Assembly (NCBI GenBank): GCA_034521595.1
Contig: JAXHMG010000003.1
Span: 1,216,001 to 1,280,000, forward strand
DNA from: Gemmatimonadota bacterium
GTDB taxonomy: Bacteria; Gemmatimonadota; Gemmatimonadetes; Longimicrobiales; Gaopeijiaceae
Length of the DNA stretch: 64,000 nt
Reading direction: 5' to 3'
Of the stretch, positions 8,458 through 18,266 are shown piece by piece. How positions within the stretch are numbered: position 1 is the stretch's first letter; each line of letters opens with the position of its first letter. The notes below the pieces were generated by a model that worked only from the letters and a program-made list of their open reading frames with translations, searched no databases and had not been told where the DNA came from. The translations under genes were made by a program, and so were the position numbers.

Positions 8458-10284
8458 TCACGATCCCAGGTAGGTCAGAATCCGAGAAGCCAGCGCTTCC
8501 GACACCCCGGGAACGCGAGCGACTTCTTCACGACTCGCCTCCCGCACACCCCGCACGGAGCCGAACCGTCTCAGGAGCTCCGCTTGCCGCTTCGGTCCTA
8601 CACCCGGGATCTCCGCGAGATCGCTCCTGAGCGTACGCTTGGTCCGTAGCTTCCGGTTGTACCGGACCGCGAAGCGATGGGCTTCGTCACGGAGCCGCTG
8701 CAGCACGTGCAGCGCCCGGTCCCTGCGGTGCAACCTCACGGGATCGGTACGCCCGGGCAGGTGCACTTCCTCCTCCCGCTTGGCCAGGGCCACGGCGGCG
8801 ACCTCCGACATGCCGAGTTCCCGTAGGGCCTCCGTGGCCGCGTTGAGCTGGCCCTTGCCTCCGTCGATCACCACGAGGTCCGGGATGGGCTCCTCACGGT
8901 CGAGGCACCGTGAGAAATACCGGCTGACGGCCTCGTGCATGGAGCGCACGTCATCGTTTCCCCACGCACCCCGGATGCGCATGTGTCGATACCTGGCACG
9001 CTTGGGCTCACCGTTCTCGAACACGACGGCGCTCGCCACCGTTTCCGTGCCCTGAATGTGCGAGACGTCGAAACACACCATCAACCGGGGGACGACCTTC
9101 AGATCCAGCTCGTCCTGGAGGCTGAACAACGCGTCATCCGCGCGATCCGCCGCATAGGCGAGCGCCGTCACCCGGTCTTCGAGGAGCTGACGCGCGTTGT
9201 GGGCCGCGAGCTCGACGAGTCGGAGCTTTTCCCCACGGAGAGGCACACGAACTCGAACGCCCCGCCCCGCGGCTTCGGAGAGCGCTTCTTCCAGAACCGC
9301 CCGATCCGGAAACTCCGCGGGCAAGAGGATCTCCTTGGGCAAGTCGACCAGGGCCGCCGTCCCTCGGCTCAGATAGTACCGGGACAGCAACGACCCCAAG
9401 AGATCCTCGTCGGCGTCGGCTTCCACGTCTCCGAACCGTTGGTCCTCCCTCCCCAGGAGCATCCCTCCTCGGATACGCAGAACAGCGCCGGCGCCGAGCG
9501 CACCGTCCCGAGCGAGCCCGACCACGTCGAGGTCCCCTCCACGCTCACGCTGCACGAGCTGTTCCCGAGCGATCGTATCGAGGCCGCTCAGGACGTCTCG
9601 CAGCTTGGCCGCCTGCTCGAACTCCAGGTTGTGGGACGCTTCCCGCATGCGCCCTTCGACCTCTTCCCGGAGCTCTTCGGTGTCCCCCTCGAGAATGCGC
9701 ACGATCTCGTCGATCATCGCGCGGTACTCGTCTTCGGACTGAAGGCCCACGCAGGGCGCCTTGCACCGTCCGATGTGATAGTCCAGGCAAGGACGATCGG
9801 GGGCCTCGCGCGGTAGGTCGTACCGACACGACCGCACCGTGTGGAGACGCTTGATCACCTCGAGCGCCTCTCGCATCGGGCCCACGGAGGTGAACGGGCC
9901 GAAGTAACGGCCGCCGTCGTTCACGACCTTCCGGGTCACGTACACCCTGGGAAAGGGCTCCTGAACGGTCACCTTGATGTAGGGGTACCGCTTGTCGTCC
10001 CGCAGGAGGATGTTGAACCGCGGCCGGTGCTCCTTGATCAGGTTCGCTTCCAGAATGAGCGCTTCGGGCTCCGACCCCACGACGATCGTGTCGAGTCCGT
10101 CCACGGACTTCACGAGCTCGCGGTTTTTGGCGCTGAGGTCGGTGGACCGCTGGAAGTAGCTCCGGACCCGAGCGCGGAGCGACTTGGCCTTCCCGACGTA
10201 CAGCACTCGCCCGCGTGCGTCCTTGAACAGGTACACGCCAGGCTTCTCGGAAAGACGGGCGAGCTCTTCTCGCTCGATCGACAT
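8458..10284 (-). CDS. uvrC: Excinuclease ABC subunit C
   Basis: GIY-YIG N-terminus (PGVYLFKD..LYVGKAKSLRARVRSYF), UVR motif, CFDVSH, IDGGKGQL, RDEAHRFA, HhH C-terminus. Confidence 0.97.
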   Translation of the reverse strand: MSIEREELARLSEKPGVYLFKDARGRVLYVGKAKSLRARVRSYFQRSTDLSAKNRELVKSVDGLDTIVVGSEPEALILEANLIKEHRPRFNILLRDDKRYPYIKVTVQEPFPRVYVTRKVVNDGGRYFGPFTSVGPMREALEVIKRLHTVRSCRYDLPREAPDRPCLDYHIGRCKAPCVGLQSEDEYRAMIDEIVRILEGDTEELREEVEGRMREASHNLEFEQAAKLRDVLSGLDTIAREQLVQRERGGDLDVVGLARDGALGAGAVLRIRGGMLLGREDQRFGDVEADADEDLLGSLLSRYYLSRGTAALVDLPKEILLPAEFPDRAVLEEALSEAAGRGVRVRVPLRGEKLRLVELAAHNARQLLEDRVTALAYAADRADDALFSLQDELDLKVVPRLMVCFDVSHIQGTETVASAVVFENGEPKRARYRHMRIRGAWGNDDVRSMHEAVSRYFSRCLDREEPIPDLVVIDGGKGQLNAATEALRELGMSEVAAVALAKREEEVHLPGRTDPVRLHRRDRALHVLQRLRDEAHRFAVRYNRKLRTKRTLRSDLAEIPGVGPKRQAELLRRFGSVRGVREASREEVARVPGVSEALASRILTYLGS

Positions 10285-10287
10285 CTC

Positions 10288-11868
10288 CTACCCCCGCGCT
10301 CCGTTCGATCCGGGATGCCGACCTTCGACGGCCCAGACGATGGCCATGTACGCCAGTCCGGCCGGGACCAGGGTGGCAGCGGCGGCGAGAACGGGATGCC
10401 AGCCCCCGACCCATCCCTGGAGCGCCGCGGCCACGGCCGCTGCGATCGCGGCGGCGAAAGCGAAGCCGACCACGGGACCCGTGCCCGGGCCATGCGTCCC
10501 CACGCGTGCTCCGAGCGAACGGCGCAAGAGAACGTATTCCAGCCAGGCCCCGACGCTCGCGCCCAGCGCGAGCCCGGCGGCGCCCAGCCGGAGGCTCTCG
10601 AAGCCCAGCCGATCGAGGGGAATCATCAGGACCACTCCCGTTACGGTCGAGACCAGAACGCGCACGTACGCGATGCGCGCCGGCGTCCTGGCGTCCCGGA
10701 GCGCATAGAACGCGGAGGACAAGAGCCTCGAGCCCGCCGACGCCGGCAGCCCCAGTGCATACCCCGCGAGCACGGCCCAGGTCACGAGGGTTTCGGGCGC
10801 ACCGAAGGCTCCGGTCTGATAGAGCGCGGCGACGACGACGTCCCCCATCGTCACGTAGAGGACGACGGACGGCACCAGGAAATACGAGACACGGACGAGC
10901 GCGGACGAAACACGGTCCGCCACGACCCGTTGCGCCTCTCCCCGCATTCGAGAGAGCTCGGGAAGCTCCGACGCCGCGATGCTCATGCCGAATAAAGAGA
11001 TCGGGAGCATGTAGAACGTCTGCGCGTATCCGAGGACGGCCACGGCGCCCCCCGTCAGACGACCCGCCAGGATCAGGTCGATCCACCCGCTCACATTCAC
11101 CACTCCGCGCGCGGCAACCACCGGCACGAAATTCCGAACTGCTTCCGGCACGCCCTTCACGCTCCAACGGACCGACGGCACGAATCCCTTCAGGTGCCGG
11201 AAGAGGAAGGGCACCTGCCACCCGAGTTGGAGACCTCCGCCGGCCAACGCCCCCCACGCCAACGCCACGACCAGATCCTCGCCTTCGAGCCCGAACGCGA
11301 CGGCACCTCCCACCATTGCCGTGATCATCGCGACGTTCCAGAACGCTGGAGCCACGTAGGAAACGAAGAACCTCCGATGGCTGTTGAGAATGCCCAGCGC
11401 CCACGCGGAAAGCACGAGGATCCCGGTCATCGGGAAGAGGATACGAACGAGCGTGGTCGTGAGCGTTTGCTTCGCCGGATCCCACGTCGGGAAGAACAGG
11501 GAGACGATCGCCGGGGCGAGCGTCCAGCCGACCAAGACCGCGCTCGCGGCCACGACGGTCAGAATCCCCAGCGCGGCACCGGCGAATCGGCCGGCTTCAG
11601 CCTCCCTCCCCTGCTCGACCATCTCCGAATAAACCGGAACGAGCGAAGCGGACAGCGTGCCTTCTCCGAGGAGGTTTTGCACCACGTTCGGAGTCCGTAA
11701 CGCGGCCCGCCACGCGTCGGCGAAGTCGCTCGATCCGAAGTAGTACGCGAACGCCCGGTCCCGGACGAGCCCGAGGACGCGACTGACGAAGATGCCGCCC
11801 GCGACCCTGTTCGCCCCACGCCCTTCCGTCGACGCGGTGCCCCGCCCCTCCCTACGCTCCGTCGTCAC
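10288..11868 (-). CDS. murJ: Lipid II flippase MurJ (start uncertain: GTG 11868 or ATG 11907)
   Basis: SRVLGLVRD, ADAWRAALRTPN..LLGEGTLSASLVP, multiple TM helices, AFYALRDARTP. Confidence 0.93.
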   Translation of the reverse strand: MTTERREGRGTASTEGRGANRVAGGIFVSRVLGLVRDRAFAYYFGSSDFADAWRAALRTPNVVQNLLGEGTLSASLVPVYSEMVEQGREAEAGRFAGAALGILTVVAASAVLVGWTLAPAIVSLFFPTWDPAKQTLTTTLVRILFPMTGILVLSAWALGILNSHRRFFVSYVAPAFWNVAMITAMVGGAVAFGLEGEDLVVALAWGALAGGGLQLGWQVPFLFRHLKGFVPSVRWSVKGVPEAVRNFVPVVAARGVVNVSGWIDLILAGRLTGGAVAVLGYAQTFYMLPISLFGMSIAASELPELSRMRGEAQRVVADRVSSALVRVSYFLVPSVVLYVTMGDVVVAALYQTGAFGAPETLVTWAVLAGYALGLPASAGSRLLSSAFYALRDARTPARIAYVRVLVSTVTGVVLMIPLDRLGFESLRLGAAGLALGASVGAWLEYVLLRRSLGARVGTHGPGTGPVVGFAFAAAIAAAVAAALQGWVGGWHPVLAAAATLVPAGLAYMAIVWAVEGRHPGSNGARG

Positions 11869-12136
11869 CTGGCGAGAGCTTCCGCTCGTCTCCGCGGTCC
11901 CGGTCATCGAGGAGTTGCTGGAGAAACCGGCTCTCCTCGTCCAGGCGCTCGACCTCGGCCGCGAGGCGCTCGACCTCACCTTCGAGGTACGCGAGACGGT
12001 CGGTGTCGACGTGCGAACCGCGTGGGACGTCCCGGCCCTCGAGTCGGGACGCCAGGGCACGCCCGACTTGGGAATCGAGCACGATGGCCAGGAGCGGGAT
12101 CAAGACGACGAGAACCAGGATCAGCTGGAGAAACAT
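11852..12136 (-). CDS. Small single-TM protein with C-terminal coiled coil
   Basis: MFLQLILVLVVLIPLLAIVLDS.. followed by the heptad-like RLAYLEGEVERLAAEVERLDEESRFLQQLL. Confidence 0.7.
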   Translation of the reverse strand: MFLQLILVLVVLIPLLAIVLDSQVGRALASRLEGRDVPRGSHVDTDRLAYLEGEVERLAAEVERLDEESRFLQQLLDDRDRGDERKLSPGDDGA

Positions 12137-12215
12137 GCGCCGAAGTTGACGATGCGGACGACCGAAGACAACTGACACGGACCTTCGGGTCGTCCCCACC
12201 GCGGCCCGTCTCCAC

Positions 12216-13838
12216 TCATGACAGCTCGACCCCGAACCGGTCGTGAAGCGCGTCGAGATACCCAGGACCGTATCTCGCCAGATAATAGAAAGGGTTATGG
12301 ACGCGTTCCGCGGGCTGTCCGTGCGGATACAGATGGACCCGCGCCTTCTCGAGCTGCGTGAGGGTAATCTCGGATTCGCGCTTGACCGCCTGGGTGATCT
12401 TCCGCTCGACGTCGTCGAGAGCGGCGAACGACTGGCTCCGCACGTGCTGCACGGGTCCCTTCAGAGTCGGATCGAGCGGCCGGGTGGCGTCCTGGAGATC
12501 AGACACGCCACGCGCGATCTCACCCCTCAGCTTCCCCAACGCGGCTCGCACGTCCTCGGGCATCTCCTCGCGGGCGATGTCTCCGACCAAGTCGTGGAAT
12601 GGTCGGCGGAGCTGCTCGATGTCGAGGTCGAACTTGTCGAGCACCTTCCGTACCTTCGTCTCGACGGTCGTCGCCGACCACCTGGGAAACACCACGGGCA
12701 TCCGGATGCCATGGGCCTCGAAATACGCTCCGAGCTGGCCGAGATAGGCCATCTCCCCCGGGCCACCGACGTAGGCGAGCGTCGGAAAAACGTGACTTTC
12801 GACCACGGGGCGGAGCAGGACGTTCGGGCTGAGCACCTTGGGATCTTGCTCGAACCGGGTGCGGATCTCGTCGGCGGTGATCGACGTCCCCGACGTCCGC
12901 ATCCTGTAGGCGCCGTCGTCCCGGTAGAGGCGCTCCCGGCCGGCGGGGCCCTCGATGAAGAGATTCACCCCATGCTCCAGGATCGGCACCTGCAAGGCGT
13001 ACCCGGCTTCTTGCAGCCCGTCCGCCGTGTCCGAGAGAATCGTCTCGAGTTCGCCGGCCCGTTCCAGCTCGTCAAGCAGAAGGGGTCCCGATGCGCGCTT
13101 CACGACGGGATGCGCCGCGTCGGTTAAATAGAGTCCGAAACGGCCGAGCAAGTCCCGCAGCGTATCGCCATACGCCTCGGGCATCGTCGACTCGGGGGTG
13201 AAGTGGCCCCGAAGCAGCTCGACGAGCTCGGGTGTGAACTCCGTGTCCGGAAGACGGTCGACGAATGCGTCCAACCGCTCCCGCACGGACGCTCCGAGCT
13301 GAATCCGATGAAGCGGTGGCGAGACGCTCGGGTCGGGATCCTCGAGCTCGATCCGATGCAGCTCGTTGTCCGTGCCGACGATGTCGACATGGTTCGCCTC
13401 GGCCCAATCGTGGTCGTCGGAAGCGATCCAGAACACCGGCAGGACCGGACAGCCGAGCCGCGCCTCCAACGTCTCCGCCAGTCGAACCGTGGTAAGCGCC
13501 TTGTGCACACCGTACAGTGGACCGCCGAAAAGGCCCGGTTGTTGGCCGGTCGTCACGACGAAGCCGCCTTCCTCCACGAACCGGTTCAGGCGCTCGGGAT
13601 CGGCTCCCTCCGGCGAGGTCATCGCTTCCGCGGCGCGCGCGCGCGCATCGCGGTCGAACCGCTTCGCCACTTCCTCGGCCTTCTCCTCGAACGTGGAGAG
13701 GCGCTCGAATCCCGTTCCGAGAAAAGCGGCGGCCGCCCCCTCTCCCCCGACATAATCTCGAACGAGGTCGGCCCCGTCCGGCCGACGGACGGAGATCTCG
13801 AGGTCCGGAACGTTCTCCACGATGGTGCTCTTCTGCAT
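12216..13838 (-). CDS. bshC: Bacillithiol biosynthesis cysteine-adding enzyme
   Basis: VTTGQQPGLFGGPLY..HKA, FWIASDDHDW.E, LSPNVLLRP, AYVGGPGEMAY motifs; 540 aa. Confidence 0.92.
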   Translation of the reverse strand: MQKSTIVENVPDLEISVRRPDGADLVRDYVGGEGAAAAFLGTGFERLSTFEEKAEEVAKRFDRDARARAAEAMTSPEGADPERLNRFVEEGGFVVTTGQQPGLFGGPLYGVHKALTTVRLAETLEARLGCPVLPVFWIASDDHDWAEANHVDIVGTDNELHRIELEDPDPSVSPPLHRIQLGASVRERLDAFVDRLPDTEFTPELVELLRGHFTPESTMPEAYGDTLRDLLGRFGLYLTDAAHPVVKRASGPLLLDELERAGELETILSDTADGLQEAGYALQVPILEHGVNLFIEGPAGRERLYRDDGAYRMRTSGTSITADEIRTRFEQDPKVLSPNVLLRPVVESHVFPTLAYVGGPGEMAYLGQLGAYFEAHGIRMPVVFPRWSATTVETKVRKVLDKFDLDIEQLRRPFHDLVGDIAREEMPEDVRAALGKLRGEIARGVSDLQDATRPLDPTLKGPVQHVRSQSFAALDDVERKITQAVKRESEITLTQLEKARVHLYPHGQPAERVHNPFYYLARYGPGYLDALHDRFGVELS

Positions 13839-13842
13839 GCGA

Positions 13843-14313
13843 TCAGCCTTTGTGATAGGGCTCTCCGCGCGCGATGGTGCCGGCCCGATAGAGCTGTTCG
13901 GCGAGCAACAGTCTCGCCATGTCGTGTGGCAAAGTCATGGGTGACAGCGAAAGCCGACGACTCGCGCGTGAGAGGACGGCCGGAGACAGACCGAACGCGC
14001 CACCGATCACGAACGCCACGCCGGGGCGTGCGTCGAGCGCGAGACGCCGAAGGTATCGACTCAAGCCCGACGAGGTCATGCCCTTGCCCTCACGGGTGAG
14101 CGCGACGACATCGGCCCCTTCCGGTAGCCGAGCGAGGATGCGCTCCCCTTCCGTTTCGCGAACCCGGTCGGGGTCGGCACGGCCCCCTTTCACGCCTTCG
14201 TCGACTTCCACCACGTCGAGCTTCCAATAGCGGCCGGCCCGTGCCTCGAACTCTCGCACGGGTGACGCCAGGACACCCCGCACTCTTCCGACCAGGACGA
14301 TTCGGACGTTCAC
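13843..14313 (-). CDS. rlmH: 23S rRNA (pseudouridine1915-N3)-methyltransferase
   Basis: FVIGGAFGL, LSLSPMTLPHDMARLLLAEQLYRA, GEPYHK; GTG start overlaps the lpxK stop (GTGA). Confidence 0.95.
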   Translation of the reverse strand: MNVRIVLVGRVRGVLASPVREFEARAGRYWKLDVVEVDEGVKGGRADPDRVRETEGERILARLPEGADVVALTREGKGMTSSGLSRYLRRLALDARPGVAFVIGGAFGLSPAVLSRASRRLSLSPMTLPHDMARLLLAEQLYRAGTIARGEPYHKG

Positions 14314-15338
14314 GAACCCCCTCCGTCTCCCACGACACGGTCCAGCAGGTCCTCCACGCGATCGGCGCCCCAATCCCAGCTCAGCTGCGACGTCAGCACG
14401 CGCGCCGAGGTCGGAATGCGCCCCCACCCGACGAGCTTCACCGCGTCCTTCTCGGTCATCACGATTGTTCGCCCGTCTTCGTCCGCGATCGCGGCCACGC
14501 GCTCCACATCCTCGCTCGTGTACTCGTGATGATCCGGGAATTCACAAAGACGGACATCGGTTCCCTCGGGCAGGGCGACGCCCACGTCGGCAAGGAACGT
14601 ATGCGGACGCGCGATGCCCGTCACCGCCAGGATCGGTCCTTCGGGTGCTACCGCTTCCTGACCCGCGAGGTCGAGCCACCGCCCGGGAGCGAGCGCCAGA
14701 CACCCCACCACCACCCCCGGTGCCACGGCCTCGACACGCGCGGCGAAGTGCTCCGCCTCCGAGCGATCGGCGATGCGGCGGGTCAGCACGACGGCGTCGG
14801 CCCGCCGGAGTTGGGTCGCGGGCTCGCGATAGGGACCGCGAGGCAAGATCCGACCCGGGAACCGTTGCTCGACGGCCAGAAGGACGAGGTCGAGATCCCG
14901 GGCGAGCGCTCTGTGCTGGAACCCGTCATCCAGGACCACGACGCCGGCTCCGCCGGCGCGTGCGCGACGGACCCCGGCGATCCGATCTCGCTCACCGTAC
15001 ACCGCCACGCGTGGATTCCAGCGCTGGTGCAGCAGGAGCTCGTCGTTCCCGTAGCCGCTCGTGAGAACCGCGCACTCGTGGCCCCTTGCGACGAATCGAC
15101 GCGCGATCCATGCGGTCAGCGGTGTCTTGCCGGTCCCTCCGACCGCGAGGTTGCCGATCCCCACCACGGACACTCCAGGGACCGACACGCCCGTTCGTCG
15201 ATCGTGTAGGTAGTTGCGAACAGCCATGGCTCCCGCCCAGACCCAGGAAAGCGGCACGGTGACACATTTCACCATGGCGGTGTCCCACCCCGACCTGTCC
15301 CGCCACGACCGCTCGACCACGGCACGCAACCACTTCAC
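14310..15338 (-). CDS. lpxK: Tetraacyldisaccharide 4'-kinase
   Basis: GNLAVGGTGKTP, LDDGFQH, FPDHH, TEKDAVKL; GTGA overlap with the upstream gene. Confidence 0.93.
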   Translation of the reverse strand: MKWLRAVVERSWRDRSGWDTAMVKCVTVPLSWVWAGAMAVRNYLHDRRTGVSVPGVSVVGIGNLAVGGTGKTPLTAWIARRFVARGHECAVLTSGYGNDELLLHQRWNPRVAVYGERDRIAGVRRARAGGAGVVVLDDGFQHRALARDLDLVLLAVEQRFPGRILPRGPYREPATQLRRADAVVLTRRIADRSEAEHFAARVEAVAPGVVVGCLALAPGRWLDLAGQEAVAPEGPILAVTGIARPHTFLADVGVALPEGTDVRLCEFPDHHEYTSEDVERVAAIADEDGRTIVMTEKDAVKLVGWGRIPTSARVLTSQLSWDWGADRVEDLLDRVVGDGGGS

Positions 15339-16003
15339 GAGCCACGCTCTTCGGAGGGCTCCCGGCCCGCCGGGCTCAGGCGCGCGGTGCATTCGTTCAA
15401 CGCACGACCGATCTCCTCCGCGATCCGCTCCAGGTCACCTCGTGCGGCATCTCGGGGTACGAACCGCGGCGGCAGGTATTCGATGGAGATCCTGGAACCA
15501 GGCTTCGGCACGAGAAATCCGTCCCAGCTACCGACCCGCCACGCAGACGACGCCCCCATGGCGATAGGTATCACCGGCGCCCCGGTGAGTCGGGCAACCG
15601 CGAGCGCGCCGGGCTTGAAGACCCCGGCCGGTCCACGTGGGCCGTCCGGGGTCAGCGCCAGGTCGTGTCCAGCCTTCGCCGCGCGCAACAATCCCCTGAG
15701 GCCTTTCGTGCCGCCCCGCGTGCTCGACCCCCGCACGGTCGAGAAACCGAGCCGCTCCATCACACGAGTGATGTATTCCCCGTCCCCGTGCTCGCTCACC
15801 AACACCACGATGCCTTGACGCCGATGGACGTGGACGAGCGGGAGCAGTTGTCCATGCCACGTCACGAAAACCACCGGACGGTCCGTGGAGCGGAAACGCT
15901 CGTAGTGCTCGACACCGGATCGCCGCACGGTCGTCGTCAGGAAGAGCGCTCCGAGGACTCGGGCCCCCACCAACCCCGCCGCCTCGTATTTCAGATCGCT
16001 CAC
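15335..16003 (-). CDS. DUF374 lysophospholipid acyltransferase family protein (LpxJ-like)
   Basis: WHG, SEHGDGE, VRGSSTRGG, TPDGPRGP, SWDGFLVPKP motifs; located between lpxB and lpxK. Confidence 0.85.
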   Translation of the reverse strand: MSDLKYEAAGLVGARVLGALFLTTTVRRSGVEHYERFRSTDRPVVFVTWHGQLLPLVHVHRRQGIVVLVSEHGDGEYITRVMERLGFSTVRGSSTRGGTKGLRGLLRAAKAGHDLALTPDGPRGPAGVFKPGALAVARLTGAPVIPIAMGASSAWRVGSWDGFLVPKPGSRISIEYLPPRFVPRDAARGDLERIAEEIGRALNECTARLSPAGREPSEERGS

Positions 16004-17139
16004 GCCGGCCCCACGAGCAATCTCTCCGCCAGGGCCGCAACCCGGTCCGATGCTCCGGGCTCACCCAACGCCTCGCGAACCCCGGCGAGCCCTTCGAGCT
16101 GTCTTCGTCGCGCGGGATCTCGGTGGTCGAGCAGGGGCGCGACGGCGTTCGCGAGCGCCCCGGGCGTCACGTCGTCCTGCAAGAGCTCAGGAACGACCCG
16201 TGCGCCGGCGACCAGATTCGCCAGCGCGATGTGATCGACCCGGATCACCCTCCGAGCGATCGCCCAGGTGATCTTGCTGGTCCGGTAGGCCACTACAAAC
16301 GGAGTGCCCTCGAGCGCGGCCTCCAGCGTGGACGTCCCCGATTTCACGATCCCCGCGGACGAGTGTCGGAGCAGGCCACGCGCGTCGTCCACCAACGGAT
16401 AAGGGACCCCATCGTACAACGAGGGTGATAGGCTCGAACTCCGGGCTATCGCGGGACGAACCTCCACGCCTCGGGACTTCAGCATCTCCGCAGCTCCCAC
16501 GAAGGCGTCCAGGTGGCGTTCCACTTCCTGGGCGCGGGAGCCGGGCAAAAGCGCCAGGATCGGCTCATTTTCCAGCCCCCACCGTCGCCTGAAGGAGGGC
16601 TCGTCCTCCACGTCGTCCGGGCGCTCCAGCAGCGGGTGCCCGACGAACGTCGCACGCGCGCCGGCCTGTTGGAGCATCGGGACCTCGAACGGAAGGATGA
16701 CCGCGACGTGCCGGGTGGTTTCGGCCAGCGCACGGGCGCGACCGGCACGCCAGGCCCAAACTTGGGGCGCGATATAGTACAGGACCGGGATGCCCAACTC
16801 GTGGGCGGACCGCGACGCCCGCATGTTGAACCCCGGGTAGTCGATCGGAATGACCAGATCGACTCCAGCCTCGTGGAGGTGCTCCTTCAGCTCCCGCTCG
16901 AGCCGCCGGAAAAAGCCCAGGCGGCGAACCACCTCGGCGAACCCCATCACCGCCAGGTCGTCGAGGCCGGCGAGCAGTTGCACTCCCTCGGCCCGCATGA
17001 GCGGCCCGCCGAGCCCGGACAAGCGCGCATCGGGAAAGCGATGCCGGAGGGAGCGTGCCAACGCCGCGCCGTGGTGGTCTCCGGAGGGCTCACCAGCCAG
17101 GAGCGCGATGCTCGGCCATCCCGTGGAGGGGTCGCTCAG
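16000..17139 (-). CDS. lpxB: Lipid-A-disaccharide synthase (probable CTG start at 17139)
   Basis: IDYPGFN, YYIAPQVWAWR, FVGHPL, LLPGSR, SGTSTLE. The conserved AGEPSGD motif lies upstream of the track's TTG at 17061. Confidence 0.93.
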   Translation of the reverse strand: MSDPSTGWPSIALLAGEPSGDHHGAALARSLRHRFPDARLSGLGGPLMRAEGVQLLAGLDDLAVMGFAEVVRRLGFFRRLERELKEHLHEAGVDLVIPIDYPGFNMRASRSAHELGIPVLYYIAPQVWAWRAGRARALAETTRHVAVILPFEVPMLQQAGARATFVGHPLLERPDDVEDEPSFRRRWGLENEPILALLPGSRAQEVERHLDAFVGAAEMLKSRGVEVRPAIARSSSLSPSLYDGVPYPLVDDARGLLRHSSAGIVKSGTSTLEAALEGTPFVVAYRTSKITWAIARRVIRVDHIALANLVAGARVVPELLQDDVTPGALANAVAPLLDHRDPARRRQLEGLAGVREALGEPGASDRVAALAERLLVGPA

Positions 17140-17270
17140 AAGCGCCAGCCCAGGTACCAGATGACGAGCACGGTAATGAGGAGGAGAGCGCCCAACCGAC
17201 CTGCGGACATCCCCTTACGGGCGTCGACCCACTCCTTCTTCCGCCTACGGCGTACGCGCATCAATGACAT
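17136..17270 (-). CDS. 44-aa basic, C-terminally hydrophobic microprotein (below the ORF-track cutoff)
   Basis: Translated by hand: MSLMRVRRRRKKEWVDARKGMSAGRLGALLLITVLVIWYLGWRF*. It bridges the gap between the Gfo/Idh gene and lpxB and overlaps both. Confidence 0.7.
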   Translation of the reverse strand: MSLMRVRRRRKKEWVDARKGMSAGRLGALLLITVLVIWYLGWRF

Positions 17271-18249
17271 GAGCTTCGATCCTCTCCTGAATGACCAGGG
17301 TCACCGCGAGGGCTTCGCGTCCCTCGTGGCCCGACACGGAGGGTATGCGACCGTTCGTTATGGCATCCCGGAAGCTCTCGAGCTCGCGAGCCAACGGCTC
17401 CCCGCCGTTCCCGACGAGCGAGATCCGCTCCACGATGTCCCCGAGATTTTCCGCTCGGATGCCGGACCCCGGACGTTCTCCGCTGAGCCCCGGCAGCTCG
17501 TCCCGCAGACGCAAAAACTCCCCCGAGCCCTGGGCCAGATCGAGACTCATGTACCCCGAACGCTGGAAAATCCTGAGCTTTCGCATCCGTTCCAGGGAGA
17601 CCCGACTCGCGGTGAGATTCGCCACGCCACCCCCCTCGAACGTCAGGCGGGCGTTGGCGATGTCCACATTCTCGGAAAGGACGGGGACCCCGACGGCCGC
17701 GACCTCCAGGATGGGCTTACCCACGATGCGCATGACCAGATCCACGTCATGGATCATGAGGTCGAGCACCACCGCGACGTCCGTGCTCCGGGCGGAGAAC
17801 GGAGCCATGCGGTGCGACTCGATGAAGAGTGGCCGGTCCAAGTGCTCCCACGCACGCACCAGCGCCGAGTTGAAGCGCTCGACATGGCCCACCTGCACCA
17901 CCGCGCCGCCCCGTTCCGCGGCCGCGAGGATCCGGTCGGCAGACTCCAACGTGCCCGCCAGCGGCTTTTCCACGAGCACGTGCACTCCCCGTTCGAGCCC
18001 GGCACGCGCCACGGCCTCGTGCTCGGACGTAGGAACGGCCACGACCAAGCCGTCCGATACGTCGAGAAGAGCTTCCAGAGACGGGAAGCAGGGGATGCCG
18101 AAGGCCTCGGCGACCTCCTCGCCCCGGTCCATCCGCACGTCGAACACCCCCGCGGCGTTCACCCCCTCCAGGGAGGAGATGATCCGGGCATGGTGATAGC
18201 CGAGCGAGCCGACCCCTGCGACCCCGATGCGTGGGTGGGTAGCGGACAA
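17245..18249 (-). CDS. Gfo/Idh/MocA oxidoreductase, probably a GnnA-like UDP-GlcNAc 3-dehydrogenase
   Basis: GVGSLG, VEKPL, VGHVERFN, DLMIHDVD, ANLTASRVS; located between lpxA and lpxB. Confidence 0.85.
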   Translation of the reverse strand: MSATHPRIGVAGVGSLGYHHARIISSLEGVNAAGVFDVRMDRGEEVAEAFGIPCFPSLEALLDVSDGLVVAVPTSEHEAVARAGLERGVHVLVEKPLAGTLESADRILAAAERGGAVVQVGHVERFNSALVRAWEHLDRPLFIESHRMAPFSARSTDVAVVLDLMIHDVDLVMRIVGKPILEVAAVGVPVLSENVDIANARLTFEGGGVANLTASRVSLERMRKLRIFQRSGYMSLDLAQGSGEFLRLRDELPGLSGERPGSGIRAENLGDIVERISLVGNGGEPLARELESFRDAITNGRIPSVSGHEGREALAVTLVIQERIEAHVIDARTP

Positions 18250-18266
18250 CGGTCGTCCCTGTCGCT

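Noticed and set aside
9545-11485. 646-aa minus-strand ORF across uvrC/murJ
   Set aside because: It is an alternative frame with R/G/A/P-rich composition overlapping two conserved genes.
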